NCBI GenBank assembly: GCA_963705305.1
Contig: OY970067.1
Span: 4,576,001 to 4,640,000 of the forward strand
DNA: 64,000 nucleotides
Direction of reading: 5' to 3'
Source: an uncultured Methylomirabilota bacterium
GTDB taxonomy: Bacteria > Methylomirabilota > Methylomirabilia > Methylomirabilales > 2-02-FULL-66-22
Below are positions 27,920 to 38,686 of this stretch, one piece after another (the first letter of the stretch is position 1; each line of letters starts with the position of its first letter). A model generated the notes under the pieces. That model had not been told where the DNA came from and did not search any database. It was given only the letters and a program-made list of their open reading frames with translations. The position numbers were made by a program, and so were the translations under genes.

Positions 27920-29369
27920 GGGCACCCTCTCCTTCCCGTCTCGGAAGATTGCGTTGCTCCGTCCGCACCGATCTCCGCGGGCCCGACCGGCTGGCGCGGG
28001 CGGCTGGGACGCGGGCCGGCGGGGGACGCCGCGCGGACCCGGACGACTGCTGATTCTGTGCAGGGGCAGGGTCGGGGGACAACCCCAGCACCTCCCAGAG
28101 CTTCGAGGGATCGGCCGACGGTCGGCCGAGTCGCCTCAGTCGGGCAAGGTCTCGCTCCAGCCCCTGGAGCGCTCCCGTGACCTGCTCGCGACCCCCACGA
28201 AACGCCACGACCTGCCGCGGCGCCCGGCCCCCCAGGGCCGCATGGGGAATGCTCGGCCATCGTGCCACAATGTCTGCGAGGAACCGGGCGCCTCCCGAAT
28301 CCATCCGATCCGCCACGGAATCCGCAGAGGTAAGTCCGACGCCGTCGCCTTCCTCTGCCGGATCGATGCGCCGGATCAGGCCGCGCAGGGACGTTTCGAA
28401 GTGCTGCCCGGCTGCCGCCACGTCTTCTCTCGTGTCGGCGTGGAGAGCCAGCATCCCGGGCGTGAGGATGATCGTCGCGCGTGACAGGCCCAGGGTTGGA
28501 TCGACCCACGCGTATCGCGTTTCCTCCTTTTTTGATTCCTGCCGCTCCAGACCGTCTTCCCGACTGAGGCAGGCATGCACGCGTCCCATCTCCTCCGCAG
28601 CATAGGAGAGCATGGCTGGCGCAAACGCCACCCGGCGAACCGTCTCGCCGGCCTGACCGCCGAGATCCCGTCCGCGCAGCAGAAAGAAGTGATGGTAGAG
28701 ATGGGCGGAGGCGTCCAGAAAGTCCTCCAGCGAAACGTGGCGAGCGGGTCGAGCCAGCCGATACGTGGTCCGCAGGTATGCCAACAGCTCCTCGCGGCCG
28801 GCCGCGGGCAGCGTCAGGAGACTCATCCCTGGTCTCATCAGGCGCCCGAGCGGGAGGAGGCGGCATATCAGGAGGTCGGAGCGAATGGGAGGGTGCGCCA
28901 GGCCGCAGGGACCCACCTGGAACTCTCCGCCCGACAGCACGTCTCTCACCACACATCCGCGCGGACCCAGGGTCTCACCCACCTCGAATGTCCTGATGGG
29001 GGTGAGCAGCGAGGCCAGCAGAAGGGTCTCCTCTCGGGCGTCCAGCGCGGCGATGCCGTCGGCAAACCGCCCGAGAAACGTTCCCTTTCGCTGGGGGCGA
29101 GCATACTCATGAAGCGTCCATTCAAGAAAGCCGAGGTGCGGATCGGGCCCAACGTATCCCTTCCCGACACGAAGAGGACCGCTGGTATTCCAGAAGATCT
29201 CGCCGGCCTGCGATTCGAGACTCCGCATGGCGGCGGCCTGCGCAAAGGCGACCAGCCGGCTCCCCAGGCGGTGAAAGCTCTCTTCCCACGGGAGACAGCA
29301 CTCGGCCAACGGCCGCCCACTCCCACATCCGCAGGCGGCCTGGCGTTGAATCCGAGGGAACACTGCCAT
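27879..29369 (-). CDS. SEC-C motif-containing hypothetical protein
   Basis: N-terminal CGCGSGRPLAECC; C-terminal W..IPHAALGGRAPRQ motif; low-complexity tail overlaps the next gene. Confidence 0.7.
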   Translation of the reverse strand: MAVFPRIQRQAACGCGSGRPLAECCLPWEESFHRLGSRLVAFAQAAAMRSLESQAGEIFWNTSGPLRVGKGYVGPDPHLGFLEWTLHEYARPQRKGTFLGRFADGIAALDAREETLLLASLLTPIRTFEVGETLGPRGCVVRDVLSGGEFQVGPCGLAHPPIRSDLLICRLLPLGRLMRPGMSLLTLPAAGREELLAYLRTTYRLARPARHVSLEDFLDASAHLYHHFFLLRGRDLGGQAGETVRRVAFAPAMLSYAAEEMGRVHACLSREDGLERQESKKEETRYAWVDPTLGLSRATIILTPGMLALHADTREDVAAAGQHFETSLRGLIRRIDPAEEGDGVGLTSADSVADRMDSGGARFLADIVARWPSIPHAALGGRAPRQVVAFRGGREQVTGALQGLERDLARLRRLGRPSADPSKLWEVLGLSPDPAPAQNQQSSGSARRPPPARVPAARASRSGPRRSVRTEQRNLPRREGEGAHGDVSRRRGSRNS

Positions 29370-29616
29370 GAAATCCTCTCGTCCTGCCGGACCGTTGAGG
29401 AACCCGCCTCAACGGCCAGACCGCACGCTTCCCCTGCCGGTGTGCTCAGGCACAACCGGCCGTCACCGCCTCCACCATATCGGCGGCGTCCCGTCACGTC
29501 AACCGACGTCCCGGCCGCCCCTGCCCATTGACTCGATCACCGACCCTGCCGGCAGCCCGAAGCGGACGAGCCTGCGGGCGCGGACCGCTCGTCCGATCTT
29601 CCCAGAGCCCGCGGCC

Positions 29617-30147
29617 TCAATCCCCGGGCGGGGGGCCATGAGTCAAGTCCTGCGGCTCGAGACGGGCCAACGCTATGATGATCTCGGCAACGGCCAGCCC
29701 GAGCAGGGACCCCAGCACGCCGCTGATCGCCACGAAGGCGGGCGTACCCGCCGCCATTTCTTTTCCCAACACCGACATGGCCATGAAGAAGGCTGGAACG
29801 AAGCGGTCACCCGTAGGGGTCGCCTGCAGGTCAAGCGCCCAGCGGACCGCCAGCAGGCCGATTCCCAGCGCTGGGGTGCAGAGGCCGGTGACCGCCCCAT
29901 AGCGAAGCCCTAGGAGCCGGAGCTTCCGCCCTGTCATGGCGGCTCCCTCGAAGCGCCCCCGGAACCAGGCCAGCCCGAAGACTAGACACAACCCCGCGCT
30001 GACGAGCATGGCCAAGAACATGGCTGTCTGGTCCGCCCCACGATAGCGGCGCAGGAAGGCCCCCAGACACAGGAGAACCAGCGCAGCCAGGATGCCAATA
30101 GCCGCTCGCAGCTTCGGAATTCGGATCCTGGTTTCCGCCGTCTGCAT
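29617..30147 (-). CDS. Hypothetical membrane protein (about 4 TM)
   Basis: Four hydrophobic segments; GGGAG before ATG at 30147. Confidence 0.65.
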   Translation of the reverse strand: MQTAETRIRIPKLRAAIGILAALVLLCLGAFLRRYRGADQTAMFLAMLVSAGLCLVFGLAWFRGRFEGAAMTGRKLRLLGLRYGAVTGLCTPALGIGLLAVRWALDLQATPTGDRFVPAFFMAMSVLGKEMAAGTPAFVAISGVLGSLLGLAVAEIIIALARLEPQDLTHGPPPGD

Positions 30148-30254
30148 GAGGTCTCCCGCACGCACGCGCGGTGCAGCCCTACCCTAGTGGGGGGTGCTGC
30201 GCGTTGTCAATCCCTTTCGACGCCTGCCCAGCCGGGGAGGCCGCCGCCAACCCC

Positions 30255-31124
30255 CTACCCCTTGATCCCGGTTGAGGCAACGCTTTGAACGTAGTAACGC
30301 TGCAGGAGGAAGAAGAGAACCACCATGGGAATCGTGGCCAGCATGGAGCCCGCCAGCAGCCGGCCCCAGTAGGTGATGAACTCGGTCATGTACTTCGTGA
30401 GGGCCACCTGGATCACGGTGAGGTTCAGCGAGGAGGTCGCCACCAGGGGCCAGAAGAACGCATCCCACTGGCGGAGGAAGAGGAGCAGGCTGGCAGTGAT
30501 GAGGGCGGGCTTGACGTTGGGCATGGCCACGCGCCAGTACAGATCCCACCAGGACGCCCCGTCCACCCTGGCAGCCTCGAACACGTCCTTGGGAAGCTTG
30601 GCCATGAACTGCCGAATGAGAAAGATGGAAAAGGCGTCCGGGACGGCCGGAATAATCAGCGCGCGGTAGGTGTCCACCCAACCCATGGACCGGATGACCA
30701 GATACAGCGGCAGCACGATGACCTCGAAGGGGACCATGAACGTCACCAAGACCAGCCCGAAAAGCAGTCGCCGACCGGGGAAGGTGAACCGGGCAAATCC
30801 GAAGGCCGCCAGAGAGTTGACGAACAGTCCCAGGACAACCGTGGAGCCCGCAACGAGCACACTGTTGGCGAAGAAGCGGGCAAACCGGTCCTGGAACAGG
30901 ATGGCGCGGTAATTTTCCAATGTGGGACCGATGGGGAGGAAGGTCTTCCAGGAGATCTGCAGCGTATAGCGAAAGATCTCGTCGTCCGACCGCAGGGAGG
31001 ATGTGAAAGCCCAGAGTAGGGGGAAAACCGACACGATGGCGATTCCCGCCAGGAGCAGGTACATTCCTGCCCGGCGGGCACCGCGCAGGGGGTTGAGCTC
31101 GGATGGCTTCCGAAGGGCCCTCAC
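30255..31124 (-). CDS. Carbohydrate ABC transporter permease (MalG-like)
   Basis: FPLLWAF, FANSV, EAA loop EAARVDGAS. Confidence 0.92.
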   Translation of the reverse strand: MRALRKPSELNPLRGARRAGMYLLLAGIAIVSVFPLLWAFTSSLRSDDEIFRYTLQISWKTFLPIGPTLENYRAILFQDRFARFFANSVLVAGSTVVLGLFVNSLAAFGFARFTFPGRRLLFGLVLVTFMVPFEVIVLPLYLVIRSMGWVDTYRALIIPAVPDAFSIFLIRQFMAKLPKDVFEAARVDGASWWDLYWRVAMPNVKPALITASLLLFLRQWDAFFWPLVATSSLNLTVIQVALTKYMTEFITYWGRLLAGSMLATIPMVVLFFLLQRYYVQSVASTGIKG

Positions 31125-31127
31125 GAC

Positions 31128-32006
31128 TCAATACTCGAATTCGACGCGCAGAAAGCGCATCTGGATTGTCACCGCCAGGACGGTGACCAGGAGTAACAGC
31201 GTGGAAATGGCCGCCGCATACCCGAACCGCGTGTAGACGAAGGCGTTTCGATAGACCTCGAACATCAGCAGCGTGGTCGAATCCGACGGCCCTCCCTGGG
31301 TCATGACGTACACGGGAACGAACAGCAGGAAATTGATCACCGTGTCCGCCACCACCACGAAGAGCAAGGTCGGAGACACGAGCGGCAGCGTGATGAAAAA
31401 AAAGCGGCGGACAGGCGTTGCCCCATCCACGATGGCCGCCTCTTGGATCCCCTCTGGAATATCCTTCAAGCCGGCCAGGAGAATCACCATCCAGTAGCCG
31501 ACCCCCTTCCAGATTACCATACCCATCACGGCGGGCATGGCCTGCGTGCGGCTGGTCAGAAATGGCTGATGGGGCAGCCCGAGGAGTCCCAGGAGCCCGT
31601 TGAGGAGGCCGTTGTCGGGGAGGTACATCAGGTTCCAAATAATGGAGGCCACCACCAAAGAGACGACGACGGGGATAAAATAGGTCGACCGAAGCAGCGC
31701 GATCCCCCGACCCTTCCGGTTGACCAAAACCGCCAACCCTAATGCCAGCACCACCTGTGCACTGGTCACCACCAAGTTGAAGACGATGGTATTGAAGGTC
31801 GCCTGCAGGATAACCGAATCCTGCGCGAGTTCCAGGTAGTTGGCCAAACCGATGAAGGTGGATTGGCGGGCAATCAGCCGAACCTCGTAAAAGGACACAC
31901 GGAGCCCCTCCACGATGGGGTAGAGCTTGAACAGCCCTAGCCCCACCATGGCCGGGGCGATGAAGAGATACGGAACGAGCGATCGAAGCGTCCGCCGTCT
32001 GTTCAC
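31128..32006 (-). CDS. Carbohydrate ABC transporter permease (MalF-like)
   Basis: FIGLANY, WKGVGYWMVILLAGL, EAAIVDGA, TQGGP. Confidence 0.92.
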   Translation of the reverse strand: MNRRRTLRSLVPYLFIAPAMVGLGLFKLYPIVEGLRVSFYEVRLIARQSTFIGLANYLELAQDSVILQATFNTIVFNLVVTSAQVVLALGLAVLVNRKGRGIALLRSTYFIPVVVSLVVASIIWNLMYLPDNGLLNGLLGLLGLPHQPFLTSRTQAMPAVMGMVIWKGVGYWMVILLAGLKDIPEGIQEAAIVDGATPVRRFFFITLPLVSPTLLFVVVADTVINFLLFVPVYVMTQGGPSDSTTLLMFEVYRNAFVYTRFGYAAAISTLLLLVTVLAVTIQMRFLRVEFEY

Positions 32007-32018
32007 GATGGGGACAGC

Positions 32019-33293
32019 TCACCGGAAGCGGCGCAGCTGGGCGTCGATTTTTTGCACTGCGGCGTTCATCTCCTTGGCCGGGTCGGCTCCCTGGCGGATG
32101 TTGGCGAAGGCTTGCCGCAGCAAATCCTCGTACTCGCGATAAGCGGGAGTGCGGGGACGGGTGACGGCCGTATGGATGATCTCCCAATAGAAGAGCTTGT
32201 TGGGGTTGGCCTCAAACGTCTCGGGGAAGGCCTTGAAGGTCGAAAGTCGCACCGGCATGTAATTCATGATCGTGTAGTTCCGCTTGGCCGCCTCTGGATC
32301 GGTGTAAGCCTTGAGAAGCTCGGCGGCCAGATCGGGCTCTTTGCTGCCCGAGAACACCCCGACGTGCCATGCCCCGGTCGGCGTCACAGGCTTCTTGAAG
32401 AATGGGTGCGGGGCAACCGCCCACTTGACGTCGGGGTACTGGCTCTTGAGGGTGTTGGCTTCATAGGATGGGGCGAGGTACATGGCAAGCTTGCCGGTGT
32501 AGAACAGGTTCGGGATCTGCTCGCGGGGGGAGATCTTGAAGGTATTGAAGGTATCTCCGTACCAGCGGGCCGCCGCGATGGCCTCAGGGCTGTTGAGGTA
32601 TCCATTCACGGTCGCCCCGTCCGGGCTCAGGTCCCCCGCGCCCATGGACTCGATCAGCGGCAGCATCTCGTACGGGCGGTCATACTGGGAGACGGCGAAG
32701 CCCCAGACGCCCGGAAGTTTCTCCATGATCTTCTTGGACAGGTCCACAACCCGGTCCCAGGTCATCCGATCCGACGGCTCGGTCCCGGGGAGCGGGAGGC
32801 CCGCTTGCTTAAACAGATCAATGTTGTAGAAGAGGTCCACGCTGGTGGAACTCATGGGAGCGGACAGCTTTTTCCCCTTGTAGACGGCGATCCTCCGCTC
32901 CACCTCGGTGAAATCGTTCCAGTTTTGCTGGCTGTAGTATTTATCCAGAGGCAGCAGCGCCCCCTGGTACCCGTAGGACGCGACAAGCGGGCTGTCGACG
33001 TCGAACACATCGATCCCGCTGCCCGAGGCCAGGGCGATCGCCACCTTCTGGAAATACTGATCGAAGGGGATCTCCGAAAGCATCACCTTCACCCCGGGAT
33101 GCGCCTTCTCAAAATCCGCAATTCCCCCGAGGATCGCCTGCCGGCGCGGCTCTCCCCGGGCAACCGATAGGTAATTGAGCTCGGCGGACAGGGCCGGCGT
33201 CGGACCCATGGGTAAGCCCGGAGGCGCGGCCAGCAGGCCCCCGCAGAGGACCGCGATGGCCAGCAGAACGGTCAGGACCGTACGGGATCTCAT
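32019..33293 (-). CDS. Sugar/nucleoside ABC transporter substrate-binding protein
   Basis: Signal peptide, FEKAHPGVKV, LFYNIDLFKQAG, FYTGKLAM. Confidence 0.88.
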   Translation of the reverse strand: MRSRTVLTVLLAIAVLCGGLLAAPPGLPMGPTPALSAELNYLSVARGEPRRQAILGGIADFEKAHPGVKVMLSEIPFDQYFQKVAIALASGSGIDVFDVDSPLVASYGYQGALLPLDKYYSQQNWNDFTEVERRIAVYKGKKLSAPMSSTSVDLFYNIDLFKQAGLPLPGTEPSDRMTWDRVVDLSKKIMEKLPGVWGFAVSQYDRPYEMLPLIESMGAGDLSPDGATVNGYLNSPEAIAAARWYGDTFNTFKISPREQIPNLFYTGKLAMYLAPSYEANTLKSQYPDVKWAVAPHPFFKKPVTPTGAWHVGVFSGSKEPDLAAELLKAYTDPEAAKRNYTIMNYMPVRLSTFKAFPETFEANPNKLFYWEIIHTAVTRPRTPAYREYEDLLRQAFANIRQGADPAKEMNAAVQKIDAQLRRFR

Positions 33294-34300
33294 GAGTCTC
33301 CTCCTTTCGTGCGTCGGGATCTGAGGGTGGCGAGGAACATCTCCATGAAGCGTGGCTCGTCGAGGTCGAGGGCGACCTGGGCGTTGACCGGCCCCGGCGC
33401 TGGAAAGAGGAACCGGGTCGACTCAGCATATCCGAGAAGCTGGCCGGCGGTCAATCCCTCCCCCAGCTGCACCGCCACGTGCATCGGGGTGAGCTTCAGA
33501 ATCAGTGGATCCAGTGCGAACGCCAGGGCCAGAGGGTCGTGCAGCCAAAATCCCGGCAGCCCCCGCACCTCTCTGGCAAAGCGCAGCCAGGGGCGGCTGG
33601 TCGCCGCCAAGAACTCGTGAAGCGAGGTCCCGCCTGCGGCGATGCGGTCCAGGTCGTCGGGCCGCATGAATGTCCGTGAGGTAACATCCAGGGGAACCAG
33701 CACAACTGGGGCGCCGGAGGCCAACACCACTGCCGCGGCCTCGGGATCGTAGCCGACATTGAATTCGACCGCGGGGGTCACCAGTCCCGACACGCGAATC
33801 GCCCCGCCCATGACCACGATCCCGGCCACCGCGGCCGCCACCGCCGGATCCAGCAAGAGCGCCGTTGCCACGTTCGTGCAGGGCCCGATAGCCACGATCG
33901 TCACCCCCCCGGGGCGCGCGCGGACGGCGTCGGCGATGAACTCGGCGGCCCGAGCGGCGGCGGGCCGCAACCGAGGAGGATCGAGGGGGGGCACGTCCCA
34001 ATAGCGCTCCACCGCTTGGCGGCCGCGGGCCGCCATGAGTGCCCGGATCCTCGTCGGGTCCCGCAGCAGCGGACGTTCCGCTCCCGGCACGACCGGAACC
34101 TGGCCGCGCCCCGCAATCTCCAGCAAGCGGAGGGTATTCGTCACGCCCTCTGCCTGCTCGACGTTTCCCGCCACGATGGTCAGTCCCAACAGCTCGCAAT
34201 TGGGGTGGAGAAGCCCCAGGGCGATGGCCAGCCCGTCGTCGACATCCGATCCGGGCGTTCCAATGCCGGGGTCTGTATCCAGGATGATCGTTCTGGGCAT
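33290..34300 (-). CDS. Nucleoside hydrolase (IU-NH family)
   Basis: IILDTDPG...DVDD, VAGN, IGPCTN, MGG, EFNVGYDPEAA, LHDP. Confidence 0.9.
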   Translation of the reverse strand: MPRTIILDTDPGIGTPGSDVDDGLAIALGLLHPNCELLGLTIVAGNVEQAEGVTNTLRLLEIAGRGQVPVVPGAERPLLRDPTRIRALMAARGRQAVERYWDVPPLDPPRLRPAAARAAEFIADAVRARPGGVTIVAIGPCTNVATALLLDPAVAAAVAGIVVMGGAIRVSGLVTPAVEFNVGYDPEAAAVVLASGAPVVLVPLDVTSRTFMRPDDLDRIAAGGTSLHEFLAATSRPWLRFAREVRGLPGFWLHDPLALAFALDPLILKLTPMHVAVQLGEGLTAGQLLGYAESTRFLFPAPGPVNAQVALDLDEPRFMEMFLATLRSRRTKGGDS

Positions 34301-34370
34301 GCTCTCCCTCTCCTCGAGCGTCCCGGTCGGAGTCCAGGCGGCTCCCCCGCCAGCGGGCTCCATCCTCACC

Positions 34371-35408
34371 TCAGGTGTACACCTGGATTTTGTCGGAGGG
34401 GATGAGGAGGCGCACCGGACCGGGAGGCCGGAGATCCGGGCTGTCGGCCATGACCATGAAGCTCCCGATCCGAACGTAGTGGCGGTAGTGGGCGCCCAGG
34501 AACAGACTTTCCTCCAACATCCCCGACAGCACCGCCACCCCGGTGGGGCCCGGGCCGGACTCCTCCTCCAAACGGACGTCGGAGGCGCGAAAGATGAGCG
34601 TGGCCCTCCCGCGCGCCGGCCCTCCGTACGGAACGGCCTGCCCCCCCACCACCACCCGGCCCTCGCTCGCCTCCCCTTCCAGCTGGTTGCTGACCCCGAG
34701 AAACTCCGCGGCGAAGGCTGTACTGGGTCGGAGGTAGATATCCTGCGGGGTGCCCGTCTGGACGATCCGGCCCTGATCCATCAGGACCACGGTGTCGGCC
34801 AGAGCCAGCGCCTCCTCCTGGTCGTGCGTGACGTAGATGGCGGTGATCCCGACCTGCCGCTGGACGCGCCGAAGCTCCACGCGCAGCCGCTGGCGCACTT
34901 TGGCATCCAGGTTGGAGAGGGGCTCGTCCATCAGGAGGACTTTGGGCTCCACCACCAGCGCCCGGGCCAGCGCCACGCGCTGTTGCTGCCCCCCGCTGAG
35001 CGCGCCGGGCTTGCGGCTCTCGACGTCCTCCAGGCTGCCGATCTCCACCAGCTCCAGGACGCGGCGCACCCGTCTTTGGATGTCGGCCCGAGGAACTTTC
35101 TGGAGCCGCAGTCCGTAGGCCACGTTCTCGAAAATGGTCATGTGGGGCCACAAGGCATAGTTCTGGAACACCATGGCCGTGCCGCGCCGCTGCGGCGGCA
35201 ATCCCGAGACCTCCTCGGCGTCGAAGAAGATGCGGCCCGCATCCAGCTGGAGGAATCCCGCGATGCTCCGCAGGAGCGTGGTTTTCCCGCAGCCGCTAGG
35301 GCCCAGGATGGCCGTCAGGGCGCCGCTCTTGAAAGTCAAGGTGGCGCCCTTCAGTGCGCCGACCTTCCCGTACGCCTTCCGTATGTCCTCAACGCGAACC
35401 TCGACCAT
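34371..35408 (-). CDS. ABC transporter ATP-binding protein (PotA/MalK type, TOBE domain)
   Basis: GPSGCGKTT, VFQNYALWPHM, LSGGQQQRVALAR, DEPLSNLD, YVTHDQEEA. Confidence 0.93.
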   Translation of the reverse strand: MVEVRVEDIRKAYGKVGALKGATLTFKSGALTAILGPSGCGKTTLLRSIAGFLQLDAGRIFFDAEEVSGLPPQRRGTAMVFQNYALWPHMTIFENVAYGLRLQKVPRADIQRRVRRVLELVEIGSLEDVESRKPGALSGGQQQRVALARALVVEPKVLLMDEPLSNLDAKVRQRLRVELRRVQRQVGITAIYVTHDQEEALALADTVVLMDQGRIVQTGTPQDIYLRPSTAFAAEFLGVSNQLEGEASEGRVVVGGQAVPYGGPARGRATLIFRASDVRLEEESGPGPTGVAVLSGMLEESLFLGAHYRHYVRIGSFMVMADSPDLRPPGPVRLLIPSDKIQVYT

Positions 35409-35475
35409 GGCACCCCTTTGCAGCCGCGCTCCCGGACCTAGATCATAGCGGGATCTGGAATAACTGTCTTCGCGC

Positions 35476-35621
35476 AAGGCTGCTCAAAAAGGCCCAGGTG
35501 CAAGGCGCCGCGCCGGGTACCCATCCGCAGGATGGGTGCAGGCGCGAGCCGTACTTTGCGCGTACGTCGCAGCGCCGCGCGAGCGCGCCAACGCCGCAGA
35601 TGGGCCTTTTTCAGCAGCGTT
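35476..35621. repeat. MITE-like inverted-repeat element, copy 2
   Basis: AGGCTGCTCAAAAAGGCCCAGGTGC ... GCAGATGGGCCTTTTTCAGCAGC with internal hairpin GTACCCATCC-GCA-GGATGGGTGC; directly after the stop codon at 35622. Confidence 0.85.
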
Positions 35622-36443
35622 TCAGATGCGCCCGAACATGCTGAGGTACTCCGACTTCATGTAGCGCTCCAGAAGGAGCAGCAGCAGGATGCCCGGCACC
35701 ATCAGGATCAAGGCGCTGATGGAGGCCACCTGCAGCTCATATCCCATCGAGGTCCGGTACATGTAGACCGGCAGGGTGAGCACGAATGGGCTGCCCACCA
35801 GCAGGGTCCCCGTGAACTCGTCCAGCGAATAGAGGAATACCAGCAGCGTGCTGGCGATGATCCCCGGCGTGGCCAACGGAAGCGACACGGAGTAGAAACT
35901 CTTGAATCGCGAGGCGCCCAGATTGATGGCGGCCTCCTCCAGCGTCTCGGGTACGGACTTGAAGACCGCCGTCATCGTCCAGACGGCGAATACCAGGGCC
36001 CCCACCATGTGGATCAGCACCACCCCGCCCAGCTTCCCGCCCAGGTTCACCCGGTACAGCAGCGTCGTGGAATTGACGAAGACGGGAAGCTGGGGAAACG
36101 CCTGGGGGAGGAGGAAGATCATGAGGATGAGGGGCTTGAACGGAATGGGCAGGCGGGCCAGGACGTATGCCAGGGGGATGGTGATGATGAGCGTGAGCAC
36201 CGTGACCACTCCCGCAATGAAAAAGCCGTCCCGCAGCGCCCGCAGCATGTCCCCCTCGAACACCTTGCCCCAATAGAACAGGCCGACCTGCTGGGGAAAC
36301 AGGTGCGGCCAATACCATTTTTCCGCGAAGGACCAGATGAGCAGGCTGGAGAGGGGGAGACAGATGACCACCCCGGCCGCTGCCACCCCGGCCATGCGGA
36401 GCGTCTGTCGGGTCAAACTCCGGCTGGCTCCCGTGTTCCCCAT
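35622..36443 (-). CDS. ABC transporter permease (PotC-like)
   Basis: WSFAEKWYWPHLFP, EEAAINLGAS, FLYSLDEF. Confidence 0.88.
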   Translation of the reverse strand: MGNTGASRSLTRQTLRMAGVAAAGVVICLPLSSLLIWSFAEKWYWPHLFPQQVGLFYWGKVFEGDMLRALRDGFFIAGVVTVLTLIITIPLAYVLARLPIPFKPLILMIFLLPQAFPQLPVFVNSTTLLYRVNLGGKLGGVVLIHMVGALVFAVWTMTAVFKSVPETLEEAAINLGASRFKSFYSVSLPLATPGIIASTLLVFLYSLDEFTGTLLVGSPFVLTLPVYMYRTSMGYELQVASISALILMVPGILLLLLLERYMKSEYLSMFGRI

Positions 36444-36448
36444 CCGCC

Positions 36449-37270
36449 TCAGGGCTCCTTCTGTGTGATGGTCCTGAGATAGTACCCCGCCACACCCATC
36501 GCCAGGAGGTATGACACCACCCCCAGCGCATTGGCTGTCCCGTAATCCCCCTGGTAATTGATCCGGTAGTACACATCGATCATGACCATCTGTGGAGGCT
36601 CCCCGCTTCCGATCATCAACGGGACGGAGAAGGCGGCCAGCATGGAGGTGAACATGAAGGCCCCCGCCACCGCCAGCGAGGCCCGCGACATGGGCAACAG
36701 AATGTCCCGAATCTGCCGGAACGTCGAGGCCCCGAAGTTGCGGGCCGCCTCCAGGAACGTCTCGTCCACGGAGCGGTAGGCGCCCAGCACCAGGAGAATT
36801 GCCAGGGCCAGGTTCTTCCAGATGAGAGAGACGGCGATGCCCATCCAGCCAAAGGCGATGGAGGGCGGATCGCTGAAGTTGATGAGCCCCACCTGGCTCA
36901 GGAAGGAGTTCAGGGTGCCCTTCGGGGCCAGCAGGACCCGCATGGCGTGGCCGACCACCACGAAGGGGATGAAGAGGGGGACCTTGAACAGAAACTCCAC
37001 CGGCCTATTGATGTGCACGCGGAGGTAGCCGCAGAGAAACACGGCTATCCCCAGGACCACCGCGAGGCTGAAGAACGCAATCCAGAGCGTGTACAGGATA
37101 TCGGTTCGGTACAGTCTCCAGACGAGGGAGTAGTTGTGGAGACTCCACCGGCCGTCATGCAGGAGGCTCAGGTGCGCCGAGGAGAGGAACGGGATGAAGA
37201 AGAGCCAGATGACGATGGCCAGCGGGGGGAGGGCGATAATGAGACAAGCGATGCGGGTGGTCAGTCGCAT
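36449..37270 (-). CDS. ABC transporter permease (PotB-like)
   Basis: PLFIPFVV, EAARNFGAS, FSVPLMIG, YGTANALG. Confidence 0.88.
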   Translation of the reverse strand: MRLTTRIACLIIALPPLAIVIWLFFIPFLSSAHLSLLHDGRWSLHNYSLVWRLYRTDILYTLWIAFFSLAVVLGIAVFLCGYLRVHINRPVEFLFKVPLFIPFVVVGHAMRVLLAPKGTLNSFLSQVGLINFSDPPSIAFGWMGIAVSLIWKNLALAILLVLGAYRSVDETFLEAARNFGASTFRQIRDILLPMSRASLAVAGAFMFTSMLAAFSVPLMIGSGEPPQMVMIDVYYRINYQGDYGTANALGVVSYLLAMGVAGYYLRTITQKEP

Positions 37271-37327
37271 AGGTCCCGGAGGGCGAGGCCGGCTCGGCCT
37301 CGCCCCCTCTCCAGGCTGATGGCGGGA

Positions 37328-38480
37328 TCAGTTTTCCTCGTAGGCGGTCAGCAGATCCTTGAAGTACTGTCCCTCGGGAAAGACCAGCCCGTACTTGGAC
37401 AGGACGTTCCGGCGGCACATCGCGGAAGAGCATCTCTCTGGCCTTGGCCGAAACCTCCGGCAGCACGTACTTGGCGTCGATGCCCGGGAGCCACCCGTTC
37501 CGCTCCACGATTACCCTGGCCTGCTGCACGGGCGAAGTGACGAACTCCACGTACTTCTTCGCCATCTCGGCGTTGGCGGCCGCCGCCGGGACCACCAGGT
37601 ACATGGGCTGTCCCGGGATGCCCGGCGCGATCAGCTTCATCTTGATCTTGGGATCCATGCGGCCTTCGTTTTTCATGTTGACCAGCATGTCCACCCAAAC
37701 CGGGCCCATGGCGATCTCGCCCCGATTGATCTTATCCAGGGTATCGTTGTTGCTGGTTGTCATGATCACGGGCAGGGCTTTCAGCTCTTTGATGACCGCC
37801 GGCCAGCCGGACTCCGCGCCCTTGTCATAGGGACCCTTGGCGTATGTCTGGTACTGCCCCGTCTTCCAGTAGGCCCAGCCGGTGGTGAACGCCACCCCGC
37901 TCATGCCGCCCTTGACCCCGTTGTAGCCGAACTTCCGGGGATTGGCCTTGATCCAGGCGACCAGCTCCTCATAGCTGTTGGGCGGGTTCTTCACCATGTC
38001 AGGGTTATACGCCAGAACCACCTGGCTGTGAAACATGGGCATCACGTACCCTTCCACGTCGAAGCCCAGGGCGTTCCGCCCGTCCGCCGCCGTCATGTAC
38101 TTGTAGGTGCCGATCTCCGGGGCGTACTTGGCCAGGAGACCGCTCTGGATCATGTCCGGCATAATGCTCTGATGGACGATGGCCACATCCATATCCCACT
38201 TGGCCACCCCGGCGTCCTTCTCGCTCTTGAGCTTTTGGAAGATCACCCGGCTCCCCGGATCCCCCGGGCCGCTCCCCACGGCATTGATCTCCACGTTGGG
38301 GTGCAGCTTCGTGAACTCCGGCCCGAAGACGTTCTTCTGGAGCTCGTGCATGTTGGTGTCCCCGGCGGTCACCACGTTGAGGACGATCTTTTCCGCCGCC
38401 CCCGCCGGTCCAATCCACCCCCATCCGAGAAACGCCAGGGCCAGCACCCCGCCCACCGCCCAAAACTTCACGCCCCTCAT
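37328..38480 (-). CDS. ABC transporter substrate-binding protein (apparent +1 frameshift near 37407)
   Basis: Signal peptide, LNVVTAGDTNM, MPMFHSQVVLAYNP, FGYNGVKGGMSG. Removing one base restores ...PDVLSKYGLVFPEGQYFKDLLTAYEEN* ending at 37328. Confidence 0.85.
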
Positions 38481-38656
38481 CGCCGACCTCCCTTCTCCGT
38501 CCCGCTCAGGGAAGAATTGTCTGCCGCCGACACCCGTCGATCCGACAGGGGCGGTCCGATCCGGCCTCAGAGAGTGAACCGAGATTTTCATGGGGTCGTG
38601 AACGGCGAATGACACTTCCGTGACAGTCCTGCTCTCCCCTCCCAGGACCACTCGGA

Positions 38657-38686
38657 ACTCTATCCTTAGTCAACTGAGAGTGTCAA
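38657..38686 (-). promoter_or_regulatory. Putative sigma70 promoter of the ABC operon
   Basis: Minus strand TTGACA-18 nt-TAGAGT; direct repeat GTCAACTG (x2) overlaps it. Confidence 0.45.
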
